Position numbers and translations under genes: made by a program. DNA of 64,000 bases from Chlorokybus atmophyticus (lineage: Eukaryota; Plantae; Mesostigma and Chlorokybus algae), in NCBI GenBank assembly GCA_009103225.1, contig RHPI01000810.1, positions 558,001 through 622,000 of the forward strand, given 5' to 3'. Below are positions 12,615 to 25,165 of this stretch, piece after piece. The notes beneath the pieces were generated by a model. The model was not told the origin of the DNA and did no database searches. It saw only the letters and a list, made by a program, of their open reading frames with translations. How positions within the stretch are numbered: position 1 is the first letter of the stretch; each line of letters opens with the position of its first letter.

Positions 12615-12849
12615 AAACCACCGATCACACTCGATCAAGACGAACACAACACCCTCCACGACTCGACACAAACCACCAATCACACCTGATCAACACGAAC
12701 ACAACACGGGACCACACACGGAGGCATCACAAATCAATCGACATCAACGCACCACGACTCGTTTGCGACCTCCACCAACGGTCTCAAAGAGCCACATCCA
12801 ACGCTCCTCCCTAATCGCCGGCCCCCACGCGAGTTGGCCCTCTCGCTGA
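12615..12849. repeat. Right subterminal tandem repeat (55-bp period) plus right terminal inverted repeat
   Basis: AAACCACCGATCACACTCGATCAAGACGAACACAACAC (12615-12652) vs AAACCACCAATCACACCTGATCAACACGAACACAACAC (12670-12707). Inverted-repeat motifs at 12731-12748 and 12830-12849. Confidence 0.7.
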
Positions 12850-12966
12850 CACGGTAAAATGCAAGCTAGCAATCCGACAGTATGCTAACATTGACTTGAC
12901 TAATGTAATACCAGCCTCATGTGAGGGAGTGCCAGCTGGCAGCTTCAGACGCAGCAGGCGGCGACA

Positions 12967-15366
12967 ATGGCGGCGGCGGTGGCGGTGGCGTCGGCCACGC
13001 TCTCGGCATCATTGAGCCTGCGGCCGGCGCACCTGGGTTCGCCCGTGGTAGCCCGCCGCGCCACCCCCTTGCGCGCTGCCGCCCGCCGCCCATACCTGCT
13101 TGTAGTGCGAGGTGCGCGGGTCTGCTTGCTAGTTGATGCTATTCCACCTCTCACCGCTGTGCCGCATGCTTGCGCAGTAAAGGTAGTTATGATACTTATG
13201 CAACGTATGGTATCCGTGTATTGGGTGCAGCGGCTGTTCAGCTCTCGCAAGATGAGTTGAAGAAGCAGGCTGCTGACAAGGTGAGTCCAGCACAATGCCA
13301 ATGTGAAGGGTTTCAATGGCAGCGGCACATGCTTTTGCTAATGGCAATGTGAAGAGCTTACCATATCGTAGACGTTCGGAAATAAACAGCGTCTGCGCAT
13401 GCTCATGCACTGCCAGGTGGCACCACATCACACAATGTTACAACGAAACACTGGGACCCATAGAAATGTAGGGGGTGGTCAGCAGCCACAAGCATGAGCA
13501 GTCAACAGCCTGACGAGCACCATCTGTTCCTGTACAGTTGACTTTACAACTCAAACAACAGAGTGTCCGCCAAGTACATCGTGTTGAACAGTGTATTGCA
13601 ACGCAGTTGTCCTGCTTACTGCGTATTTTATCTGGACAGGCAGTGGAATACGTGAAGAGCGGGATGGTTGTCGGGCTGGGCACTGGGTCCACCGCAGCGT
13701 TTGCTGTCGACAAGATTGGAAAGCTTCTCAAGGTATGCATTGCAAGGAAAAAAAGGAGACAGCTGCACGTTGCATGTGCAATGGCGTTGTCGCATGCACA
13801 ATGTACAGCTTGTAACATTTTTGTGCAACTTTTGCGCCATAGTGCTACGCTTAGCCAGACCTGCAATTAAAGGCAGGGCAACTGGCATGTTTCGTTGACG
13901 TAAGAAGCTCGCAGCTTTGCTATCAACCAGTGGGGTTGTCATCGTTGTTGCTGCGGCTGCTACAATGTTATCTAAAACAACAATAACACTCATCTGTGCT
14001 ATTTGTCCAGTCTGGCGAGTTGAAGGACATCGTCGGGGTGCCCACTTCAAAGGTAACCAAGTACACACAGTTGCAGCTTTGCATGCATTTTGTAGTGGTT
14101 GTTGCTTGCGTGCTTTCGGTGTTACGCGTTCCATAGCCTTGTGTATGTTAGCAGTCAAAGATTGTCCAGCTGGGTCGTTACTGAATTGCAAATGGTAGTG
14201 CTGTGGTACAATGCTACTGGCGAGGCACGAGTAGTTGTGATGCAGCATGCATGCACACGGTGGCAAGCACTTTAGTATACAACACTAATTGCTCGATGGT
14301 GCGGGTTGCCTTGCATGCATTGAGGTGTGTTCTTATGACACTGTCGTGCTTGATCAGAGGACAGCCGAACAAGCTGAGTCGCTCGGAATCCCTCTCGGCG
14401 GACTTGATGACTACCCCAAAGTAGGGAAGATATCTGATAGCAGACTTTGACACATACAACCTGCTACACAGCATAGCGTCTCTGATTTCAACAGCTGTTC
14501 CTTATGTTCAGCTTGACATTGCGATTGATGGCGCTGATGAGGTGGACAATGACCTGAATCTGGTGAAGGGCCGCGGTGGTGCATTGCTGCGCGAGAAGGT
14601 AATGGCTCCGACTGCCAACAATTCAAGTCGAAAGCTGCATGGTATATTTGTGGTCACGTTCATTTATGTTCTGCAGATGGTTGAGATGGCTTCTGACAAG
14701 TTCATCGTTATTGTTGATGACACGAAGGTAAGTGTCGATATAGGAACACAAGCATGCAGCACGTGACGGTGCTGCTGCCTTCGGTTCTCTTGGACCGCAA
14801 CACCTGCAGCAAGTGACTGTTGGTGTTGGTGATTGCGCAGCTTGTGGATGGGTTGGGAGGCAGCAAGCTTGCCATGCCGGTGGAGGTCGTCCAGTTTTGC
14901 TGGAAGTACAACCTGAACAGGCTGTCCGGGCTTGCTGAGCTCAAGGGACTCAAAGAGGTGTGTGTCTGTCTCTGTTGTTGAATTGGTTTAACTGAGTACT
15001 ATCAAGCAACGTTGCTGCGCGGTGTGCGCGCTGATGATTGGACCCGATGCAGGCCAAGTTGCGCATGGAGAACGGCAAGCCCTACGTTACTGACAACTCA
15101 AATTACATTGTCGACCTCTACTTCGATGTAAGTAGCAATTGCAGTGAGGGTGCTTCGTTGAATCCGTTTGCAATTGATCTTCTGAAAGTGTTTTGGGGCG
15201 TAACGTTGTCACTGTCTTGCTGCAGACCCCAATCATCGACTCCAATGCTGCCTCGAGTGCAATCCTTGCGCTTGAAGGCGTCGTTGACCATGGCCTGTTC
15301 CTTGGCATGGCCACAGCTGTCGTTATTGCGGGCTCTGATGGCATCACAGTCAAGGAGAGGAAATGA
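12967..15366 (+). CDS. rpiA: Chloroplast ribose-5-phosphate isomerase A (10 exons)
   Basis: Ala/Ser/Arg-rich transit peptide; [30 protein letters not shown]...[36 protein letters not shown]; phase-consistent GT-AG introns. Confidence 0.96.
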
Positions 15367-16144
15367 TCAACGCACCTAGGCGTAACTATGTAGAGCCCTT
15401 TTTCTTTGAATTCAGGATACACATCATTTGATTGCCAAGTTTTTGAAAAGTCTTAACCAGTCCACTGTGCACCGCGCACCTTGTGCACGAGTCGTGCATG
15501 AGTAGTTGAAACAGTTTCAAAGAGGTGCAGCACGACAGATTTGTTGAGCACCTGGTTGAAGGTTATGTTATGTTGACAGTTATGTGCATGTATCTGACAA
15601 AGTGCTTCTTTCATACGCGTCATGCATGGTCCCATGAACAGGCAACACACAATGTAGGTAGTTGTAGCAGTTTTGGTCGCGGCTTGTAGGTTGCCTGCAT
15701 GTCCCTGGCTCAAGTTGCAGAACACACCCCGTTGCATTTTTGCAAAGCTGCTCAGTACGCTGCAGTATTGCCTTGGCAGACCCTCGCACTGCTCACCTGT
15801 TTCTCCACGGCACCACGCGACTGCACGGCAGATTCACGCCACGCATGGTCCAGATTAGACTCTTGCGCCTCCAGAAGCATGAGCTAGGCCCACTGCGCAA
15901 CCTACAGCAGCAATTCAGCAGGTACCAGCCTCAGTAGCTAACAAGTAGAGTGCATCAAGTAGAGTGGCACGCCCTCCCAAGCAACAACTGGCTTGGGTAC
16001 ACAGGCACTGAATCCGTCCTGAAGTGGTCCTCGCTCGGGTGCGCAGAGCAAGCGCTGCGTGCAACTAAGCTTACTGCACAGCAGTGCGTGTTTGCCGCTC
16101 ATGCGTGCAGGAGCACTGCCGCTGCAGCGGCGGTGACGGTGGAG

Positions 16145-19100
16145 ATGGCGTCGTGGGCGCAGCTGTGCTTCTTCTTGACGTTGCTGCTGGTCGCGCAAGC
16201 ATGCTCCGCTGCCTCGCTCCGTCTGCGGGCAGTTGCTGTCGTTGACAGCGTCGCCGGGGACAGCGATGGCCTGGTGGTGCGGGTGGCAGGCGGGGGGCAA
16301 GGCGGAGGTGGGGACACACGCAGCAGTAGCAGCAGCATTGTTGCCGTTGCTAGGATTTCTGCCGCCGTTGCCACGAACAGCAGAGTGAAGGCGGCGGAGG
16401 AGGTGGCTTACCAGACGGTGCAATGCAGTAGCTCAACCGGCTGCCGCATTGAGGTAAGACTTTACCAGCCCAGTTGGCAACAAAACCACCTCATGCATGC
16501 CCGCTGTGAAACCAGCTTGCCATTTGACGCAGTGTGCAGCTTGAAGCCACGCTTGTCGCTGCATGTACGTAGCAACAAGCGTGGCTTGTTTACCCCTCTT
16601 CTGCACAATGCTGGACACTGTCATTGCCATCATGAAGTTGCATTGCGTGACAGGTGTTGCTTCATGGCATGCAAGTGGCCAACTGGACTCTGCCGAAAGT
16701 TCAGCCCTCAGACGCTTACACTGTGTTCATATCTACGGCAAACACTTACGCTGCCACAGCACGCGATGCAGCAACAGCACTCATCAAAGACAACCTCACC
16801 AAACCAACGGAACTACCACTCGACACCGCCACGGCTCGTATCACGCAAGTTGGGTCTGGAGCAAAGACACAGCACACAGGTATGCATAAGTTGCAAGTGG
16901 TCAAGGAGTTGTCCCGCACCATGGTGAGCTTCAGCCTATGCAGTGACGGTGTACGGCGCAAGTGCACAGTGCCGCCGCTGCCTCAAAGCTTTGCTCTGCC
17001 AGAAGCTGCATGAAGGAAGCAACAGTACAGTCAACGTGGATACGAAGGTGACAGCTGGCCTAGTGTTGCCTTGTTGTTCTGGGTTGCTGTGTAAGTGCTT
17101 AGATGGTTGCTTATGTGTTCAGCACCCATACGTATTTGAGCTTCGCACCGGCGGAGTGAACATCACTCAGACGTACAAACTGCAACAACACGGCGCCTAC
17201 ACACTTGTGTACTATGCACAAAGAGAGGGTGCAGTTCGCAATGGCAGCACATGGATGCCGGTTTTGCTCACAGACGTGGCTGGCGACCATACAATGCTTC
17301 CACTAATGGTGGCCATCGCTGCCACAGGTGGGACACTGTGGACACTATGCGTGTGCGATATGTACAGCAAGCACACGTAGTGTCAAAAGTGTTGATGCTT
17401 GAACTGTTGAAGGTGTGGTGCTCGCATTGGTGAATTGCGCAACAATGCAAGGCATGGAGCCAGCCAGTGAACGCAAAGCAGGTGCAGAGACAATCACAAA
17501 CATCGATGTTACACCTGATGACGCGGAGGGTGAAGCGGATGCAACCCGCCCGCTTTTACCTGACAGCAGTCGCCAACAGGTTTGACTGCATGACAATGAC
17601 AGTCAGCCTTTGTTGTCCATTATGAACTCACACTACACTAGTTTCAGGAACTACGCATTCCGGCTCTCACTCGTGTTGCCTCCCTCGACACTTTCCGTGG
17701 CATCGCGCTTGCGCTCATGATTCTAGTCAACTATGGCGGGGGAGGGTGAGAGCGTTGCGGTGTCATCAGCGCATGTAACCGTGCATGATGTCCTGTATTG
17801 TGGTTGAGCGCAATGCGCATTGCAGATATTGGTTTCTGGCTCACACAGAGTGGGACGGTCTCACTCCAGCAGACACGCTCTTCCCGTCTTTTGTGTGGAT
17901 CAGCGGGGTCTCGCTTGCTTACACGCTGTGTAAAACGATATCACAGCAACAACCCTACCAGAGGGGCAAACTGGCCCGAAAGGTCCGGTCTCACTGTGCT
18001 AGTATATCAACACCAGTATGTTGTGCATGCACAGGATTGCACATGGTTGTTGCTTCAGCAACACACTGCACAACACTTGGGTGACACGCTGTGCAGATGG
18101 TCTTGCGTGCGGGAAAGCTCTTTGCACTTGGCATCTTCCTCAATAACGGCTACAACCTAGCCACATGGCGCATAACAGGTCACACAGCTTAGCAGTACAA
18201 AGCCACTTACTGTTGTGCAACGCACAGTTTGTCTCATTCACTCAATGTCCTTCAACCGTACAGGTGTGCTGCAGTACTTTGCGGTGGTCGGATCGATTAC
18301 AGGCTTGGTTGCATTGTACATCCCTGGTGACATCGCTGGGGGCACGCTGTCGTGGCTGCCAACGTCGGTCCTGATGGGAGTTTATCTCCTGGCTCAGCAA
18401 TACCCGCACTCCCCGCACTGCCCTGCTGGCTATATTGGCCCGGGCGGCATAGGAGACTATGGCATGTTTCCAGGCAAGTACTGGAATGTAATGTCAGCAT
18501 TGCTGTGTCACACTCATAGTATACATGTGTACAGAACACACATACTCTAATATGGAGACAATTGACTGGGTTCACTCAATGTTGTACATGCAGAGTGTAC
18601 CGGCGGTGTGCACCGCGTCATTGACTTGTCCGTGCTCACTCTCCCACACATGTACCACCACTTGTTCAACAAGCACACGCCTGCGCCACCCCCTCCCATG
18701 CTGCCGCCCCCTCCAGGGACTGCCGTCTCAGGCGCGACATGCAGCAAACTGTACGGCTGCGCTGTAAGTAGCGTTGTTTGGTTGTGCGTATCTTTGCTCA
18801 AAACCGCATGTTTGGGCTCATCGTGCACGCTGCGTGTGCAGGTGTATGATCCAGAGGGGCTGTTGGGGATGCTCACTGCCACCACTCTGTGTTTTTTGGG
18901 CTACCAGGTAAGTATTGCTTATGTCATACACCGCACTGCAGAGGCAGTGGAGTGAGTTGCGTGCTGAGTGCAGTTGCTCAGGCAGGGCTAGTACTTGCAG
19001 CTACCACTGGTGACGGTAGTCGTGAAAACAACACGCGATGCATAGTGAAATGGCTTGCGTACGGCGCGGTTCTAGTTGTTGTTGGGCTTGCGCTGTGCGG

Positions 19101-19745
19101 AGGGGACATTGCAGGAGGGTGGTTACCGGTAAGCATATGCCAGCACAGATGTTGTTATTGTGTGGCATGTCTGTCTGCACCATGCGACGCGTGTCATGCA
19201 GGTAAATAAGAACCTGTGGTCGCCATCGTTTATCGCGCTAGTCGGGGGCGGCGCATCCATTGCGTTTGCCACGCTCTACATGCTGGTATGCTAGCTACGT
19301 CTGCGTCTGGGCTTCCATACACCGCATATGCTTGTGCACTCAAGATGCGCATGGTCACCAATGTCGTAATGCAGTAAACTCCCAGCAACTGAGAACACTA
19401 AGCTTGGTGCGTGGTGCAATCGTGCACAGGTGGATGTGCTGGGATGGTGGACGGGAGCACCATTCAACTACGTGGGCATGAATTCCATTGCCATCTATGC
19501 GTGAGTGTTGCTTGCGTTGTACAGCATCATGACTTCAATTGACTGCTTGTCAACCTGTGTTGCGGATTGCAGCTCACATACTTCCCTCCTGCAGTGGTCA
19601 CGAAGTTCTTGAAGGTTATTTCCCGTTCTCAACTGCGGTGCCAGACACCCATACCTGGCTGCTGTTTTCCAACATGCTAGGCGTTGTTTGCTGGATAGGG
19701 GTAGCTTATTACATGCACGGGAAGAGGACTTACATACGGTTTTGA
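16145..19745 (+). CDS. HGSNAT: Heparan-alpha-glucosaminide N-acetyltransferase (HGSNAT/DUF5009)-like membrane protein
   Basis: Signal peptide MASWAQLCFFLTLLLVAQA; RLSLDTFRG-like/MILVNYGGG, HTEWDGLTPADTLFP, WRITGVLQ, GYIGPGG, CTGG, YDPEGLLG, VNKNLWSPSF, VGMNSIAIY. Exon boundaries in the N-terminal part are approximate. Confidence 0.88.
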
Positions 19746-19827
19746 CAAATCGTCCCTTGGCAACTGTGACTCACAAGGTCACATGCGCAACAGGGATTGC
19801 ATAGAAGGGAATGTACAGGAGCTAGCA

Positions 19828-21838
19828 TTATGCGCAAGCAGAGTCTCGTCGGGTTCTGACGAAATCAACAAAGTCATCTATTAAATACGGCCATGCCCCT
19901 TCAGCGTCATATGTCGCGAGTGAAGGATCCACGTGCTGCACACACACGAATAAGTCAGGATGCAACCAACGGACACCATGTGCAGGTAGCCTATGTTGTA
20001 TGCATCAGGTACGCTGTCTCACCTTGCTGAAGTCTACAAGCTGATTCCATGTGTCTTTTGATATCGCCTTATTGTGCTGTTTCTGCAGAGAAGGTACATG
20101 CAATATCATGTTGCTTGTACATCGCGGTAATAAAAGAGCGCCCTGCGCCGCAGCAGATCCACACTTGCAACACGTGTCAATGTGTCATTGGCATACCTGC
20201 AAGAACTCGCACCAGACATCGACGAGTGGCCATCTATGTGACAACAGCAGCTTCCACATGCCAGTGGCGGTATCCAACGCGAGCGACTTCTGACCTTTCT
20301 CCTTTGAGAACTGGAATGCGTAGTTGTAGATGTCTTTAAACTTTGCTGCTTGTCCAAGACTCAACCCATCAGCCATACAAGTTCAAGTGCAAGCAGCAAC
20401 ACCGGAATCGATGACTCTACTCACCCTCGTCATTCAACTCTGCTCGTATTGATGGCAACTGTTCTCGCAGCTTTTCTATGGAGTCGACCCTTGAGAACAT
20501 ACAAGCCAATGTTAGGCTTTGGGCTAATGCAAGCTTAGAGCATCACAGCAATAACGAATTAATTAACCCGTCATTACCCCAGCGACTGTAGCCCTGATAT
20601 AAACTCCTCACGCGTGTATTCACCCATTGTTTGCGCTTGCATGTGCCACGAAATTATAAGCTGCACAACGAGAACAATCAATCATTGATGCAGGCCGCAC
20701 GCCAGACACACTCGTATAAAATATAAGAATAAATATAAAATGCATGTATAGCGGCAACAGGGTATGACCTAAGCAGCAGAATTAAACAAGACTTACCGTC
20801 ACAACATCTGTTGGATCTACCTGCCGAGATGATATGTTTCAGTAAGCTTGCCCCGCATTACATAACGAGATAAGATACCTATGATGAAGGGGCTGGCTGG
20901 CCTTCAAATCAAAATGCCATACCTGAAGGTCTTCACAAAAGAGCACGATTCCATCGACTAGAATCATATCTTGGCCAGCCTCTGCAGATGCCAACCAGTA
21001 CTACTCAATTAACTGAGAAGACCAATGTTCAGCCGCTTACATAACTGCAACACTGATAAACAGCCCACCTTTGTAGCGAGTAAACATTACTTCCAGTTTG
21101 CGTGTATCTGTGATGGCTCGTGGCGCGGGCGTGTTGTAAAAGAACTCAAATGCACCCTCCAAGTTCCAGTCGGCGGCCTTCAACACCGCCAGCGCCATCT
21201 TCTCGCTGCAGACAAGCATTGCACGCATATCATGGACCATACCTGCTCACGGCATTGCAGGCACAGCTGACCAATACAATTGGCAGGATGTTGTGAACAT
21301 AACGCGTGCTTAAGATTGTGTTGCCAGGCTTACTTTGCATCCGCCACAGCGCAGAACTGCCGCACCTTCTCGCGCTGTGCCCTGTTGAGCTTGTTCTGCC
21401 AAAACCAAAACAGCGGGTCAACGAGCAGCACACAAGCACACATCTGGCTGGAATGGGGGTTGCAACTTGCAAACGCGGCACACAAGCATGCATATGGTTG
21501 TCGCAGCTCAGCCTGTGCACACAGTCATGTTTGACACAAACAGCCTGTGCAGTATCAAGAACGGGCAGCCTTCAGCAGAAACAACGCCCAAGTGGAACCG
21601 CAGCTGGTAGTAGAATGCACTGTTAACTAGAATCAGACCGTTTGGACTTGGGAAGGCAAAGACAGCAAAGCAACACCTAAAACGAGTCGACGCTATGATG
21701 GTGCAGTAAGTTGTAGTAAAATCTAAACCTGATAGCCGCCAACCAAGCCGTTCCGTTGATTCCAAGTGAATGACGCGCTAAAACCGGCATGAGCTATTGC
21801 TTGCTCCACCGCAAGCCACAGTAGTTAACACGCACCAT
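19828..21838 (-). CDS. DCN1: DCN1-like (defective in cullin neddylation) protein
   Basis: ATG|GT micro-exon at 21838; NKLNRAQREKVRQF...EKMALAVLKAADWNLEGAFEFFY (UBA-like); KFKDIYNYAFQFSKEKGQKSLALDTA; HNKAISKDTWNQL; YDAEGAWPYLIDDFV. Confidence 0.93.
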
Positions 21839-22712
21839 GGTTGTGTTGGGTCGAAGTAGGGAAGGCGTTCAGCGCGCAGGAAGCGTCTCCGGACGCAACG
21901 GCCAGCAGACTAGGCCAGCTGCAGCCGTCATCGCCCAGTCGACGCCGTGCTGCGTCTGGTTACTGAGCACGCCAATGACTCTTTCTGAAGAATGGACAGA
22001 TTACAATTTATGCATGCACTTACCAAACTCTGTGCGCTTGGTTTTTTTGGGATGAGATTGTGTTGCGCTCAGCTGCTGCAGCCGCTGCCGACACACAATG
22101 CATGCACTTGACTTTGATAACATTGGAGCGACCTGTAAAGCCGTGCATGCTTCCGCTTTGCTGCGAAACTACAGCTGAAAACACTATCTTGCAGCAACAT
22201 GTTCACGTGCTCCTGCACGCATGCGCGGCTTTATACCCAAACAACAGCTCAGCTTTGCAGAAACTCACAGAGGGCTCGCCAAGCACTGCTCGACTCCACC
22301 ATAAAGCAAAGATGGTTTTCTCCACCGCAGGACGAACGGCACTCAACGAGCTGCAGGAGGGCGGAGCCCAGATGACAGGCAAGGGCAAACATTTACCATG
22401 ACGGTGACAATAGCGGCGTAGCAGCTTCTTGCTGTTGTACTCCCCTGTTGTTCTTGAGCAGCAGCGAACCACTGCCACAGCTGCCCCACCGCAGCCTCCC
22501 GCTCGCGCCTCACACCAAATTCTGCGCAAACCCTAATGTGTGCAGTCTGCGAGACAACGACAAGCCCGTGCTTCGCGCCGCTATGACAGCGCTTCGGCAT
22601 GCGTTGACAATACTGTGGAATGGTTCAACCTTTAATAATGTGCCCGGTTGAGAGTTGTGCATACGGTGCAGTTGCCACTTGTCTGATACGCATGGTCAAT
22701 GTAAGGCATGGC

Positions 22713-25165
22713 CAGGGTTGTCATTAAGATATTTTCACAATAGCCATGGTGACTGTTTTATGCATAATTGACATCATGTAAATGATTTACGTATAGCCAA
22801 TTGGTGGCTGTTTTGTGAGGGAGGCTCATGTGCAACATGCCAGAGGTGGCTGTTTTGAGGTTTTGCACTTTAGGTCTGCTCTGAAACATTGAGCACCATG
22901 CACGACCATGAACACATATATCGGGCACTCATAGCACGTTTCTCAGACTGTTGCACCTACTTGTACGAGCACACATAACCAATGGTAGCAATTATTGCCT
23001 AACTACTTGCCTAAGCACCCAACATACACCTGTCTTTCGCAAGTCATATGGTGAGTACACCCTTATGTCGAGAGTCTCTTAGCTTAGCCCACTACGCTTG
23101 GCACGTACGCACACATTAAGATGCGCTTCCTGCAACATGTTGCAATATATCTCTGATAGTGTTCATTGTGGAAAACGCGCGCTCGTTTTCCACACTACCC
23201 ACTGGCAACACCAGCATGATCAGAGCAAGTGTGACATACTCGCTGATACGATCTGCGAGCACAACATTACCAATGAGCTGCTTCCAAAAACTCTATGTTG
23301 CCCTCGAAGAGTGCACGGCAGCAACCATGGGCTGCGCAAACGTATCCCATTGCGTGCGCATCTGCTGCTGGTCAACGAAAGGGGAGAGCTCAGCAGCCCC
23401 CACTACTTGTGCCTGCCCAAAGTGGCGTCCAAGCACACGTGTCAGTTGTCGCGCATTGTCATCCCATGCTTTTTGCGATGACCTCAGCTCCTCAGCACTG
23501 CTGCTGGACCCTGGTCGTGACTGCCAGGAATTGGGTTGAAGCACACAAAAACCTAGGAGCAGCTCTGAAGGCGGGAACCGTTGTCGAAAGTCTTGCAGAA
23601 CAAGCTCTGCTGCGCGCTTGGCATCAATCTTTGCTTTGTGCACAGCGGCTTCCCACAACTCAGAGTTAGCTGAGCCTGTTAGTTCGTGCATGCTGTGCTT
23701 CTTGGGTTGGCTTCCTTGTGAAAGGTTTCGGTGACGGTGACGTTGAAGTCAATGGCGCCTACTATGATACATAATATATCAGTTGCATTGGAGATGACTC
23801 GTACAGGTCCACATGCACGTGCACAATGATATATAAGTAGTAAACAAGTAGCACATGCAAGAGTGCATGATGCAGCTGATAGCATGTGCGCTTACCTCAT
23901 TCACAGAGTCAGCAAACTCCCAGCCTTTTTACAATGTCCAATGGGCTTCAGGTGGTGTCACACCTTTTAAGGATCCCAACAGGCTCTGAAAACGAGGGTA
24001 GTTGGTCAACAAGAATGCATTGTTTAGCGTCCATCACAGCACGCGCGCACGATCACGCATGCATGCACAGGCGCGCACGCATGCGCATTGACACAGGCAT
24101 AAGCATTCCACTTACTCTATCATAGGTCGTCCACGTAGCAGAATGTGTACAACACACAGCAACAAAACAGCCTTGTGTCGTTGCTCGCATGTGGTAGCGA
24201 TAGCAAATGCATCTTGAATGCACTGCTGCCCACCACCAAATGCAGCTTGCAGTTGGTCACGCTATAGTACGTTTTGATACTTCTCTGCACACTGAGCAGT
24301 GGACGTTCGTTAAACACACATGCACACTTCGCACACAACTCTAGAACTGACAACAACCAAGCTCCTCCACCTCCTAATCGTCAGACACCTTGCACAACCT
24401 TCCTAGCACACACACAAACCTCACCTTCTGGTGGTCCTCTGTCCCTTCGTGTGTAAAGATCCACCTTGAACACCGTTGATCCACCTGCCAGCCCATTGCG
24501 ACGAGCCCCCCCCACACGACGACAAACCTCGCAATATGCCAGCCCATCTTATTTGTCAAACCTTAACCAATTAAACTTCTCCAATCAGATATCTTTAAAC
24601 CCTCTGTTACAATCAGCTTTAGACCAAACCCTTGCCTTTTGCACAAACGCTGATGCGCCGGAGCTATCACCCTCGACGGCCTCCTCCTCGTTGGTGGGGG
24701 TGCTCCTGGTTGAGGGGCCAGCCAGCACTGCAGGGTCGCCGTCAACGTCAAACAGGGGCTTGAACACAAAGTTGTCTGGCAACTTTGCCTTTTGTGGGCG
24801 CCCGCCACCCATAGCAGCCCTGCTCCGCCGCCGCCGCCGCCCACACAGCGCCTCTTGCCGCCAACGCCGCTGCAGTCAGCAGCCTGCTGGATATCTACGC
24901 CTTGCCTCCGACGCAACACAGATATCACAAGTTGTGAGTTGTGAGTCATGTCTCATAACTCAAACTCCCAACTCAGTTGGGCTAAAGTAACTAAATTGGA
25001 TGGGAAACGAGTAAAGTCAAGGCCAACGCGTGGCTGTCTATAAGTTCATGTAGCCGCTACTGTGGCTGTAACATGCAGCAATTGGGCTCCAAAATAGCCA
25101 CATGTATGCTTGGCTGAGTTTACAAAAGCCACATTGGCCGTATACAGCCACTAACAACACCACTG
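22713..25165 (-). mobile_element. Non-autonomous/decayed hAT transposon (TTF-zinc-finger, ZNF862-like type)
   Basis: Perfect 8-bp TSD GGCATGGC at 22705-22712 and 25166-25173. Imperfect TIRs CAGGGTTGTCATTA / CAGTGGTGTTGTTA (10/14). Many TAGCCA/TGGCTG subterminal motifs at both ends. Confidence 0.88.
23060..24812 (-). pseudogene. hAT transposase remnant
   Basis: FKDI*LEKFNWLRFDK*DGLAYCEVC (TTF-type zinc finger, ~24530-24600), PEAHWTL*KGWEFAD, and dimerisation domain LALIMLVLPVGSVENERAFSTMN (~23150-23240), with stops and frameshifts. Too short for a full transposase. Confidence 0.82.

Larger units (their letters stand above)
1673..12849 (-). mobile_element. AcademX-like DNA transposon (degenerate) carrying a Tudor-DNA methyltransferase cargo gene
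   Basis: Exact 14-bp inverted repeat AGAGGGCCAACTCG (1678-1691) / CGAGTTGGCCCTCT (12830-12843). A second exact 18-bp inverted repeat lies at 1798-1815 / 12731-12748, in mirrored order. CAC flanks both ends (1670-1672, 12850-12852). Internal ORF fragments give transposase + XPG + Cys8. Confidence 0.72.

Noticed and set aside
12615-12707. CRISPR-like repeat-spacer pattern
   Set aside because: Only two units with a 17-bp spacer, eukaryotic context and no cas genes; interpreted as transposon subterminal repeats.
15950-16927. 325-aa ORF as a standalone gene
   Set aside because: It is HGSNAT exon 1 plus UTR and intron read-through, starting from a non-ATG codon.
21950-22700. Small plus-strand gene divergent from DCN1, possibly cut by the hAT
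   Set aside because: Splice-like sites exist, but no coherent or recognisable protein could be assembled.
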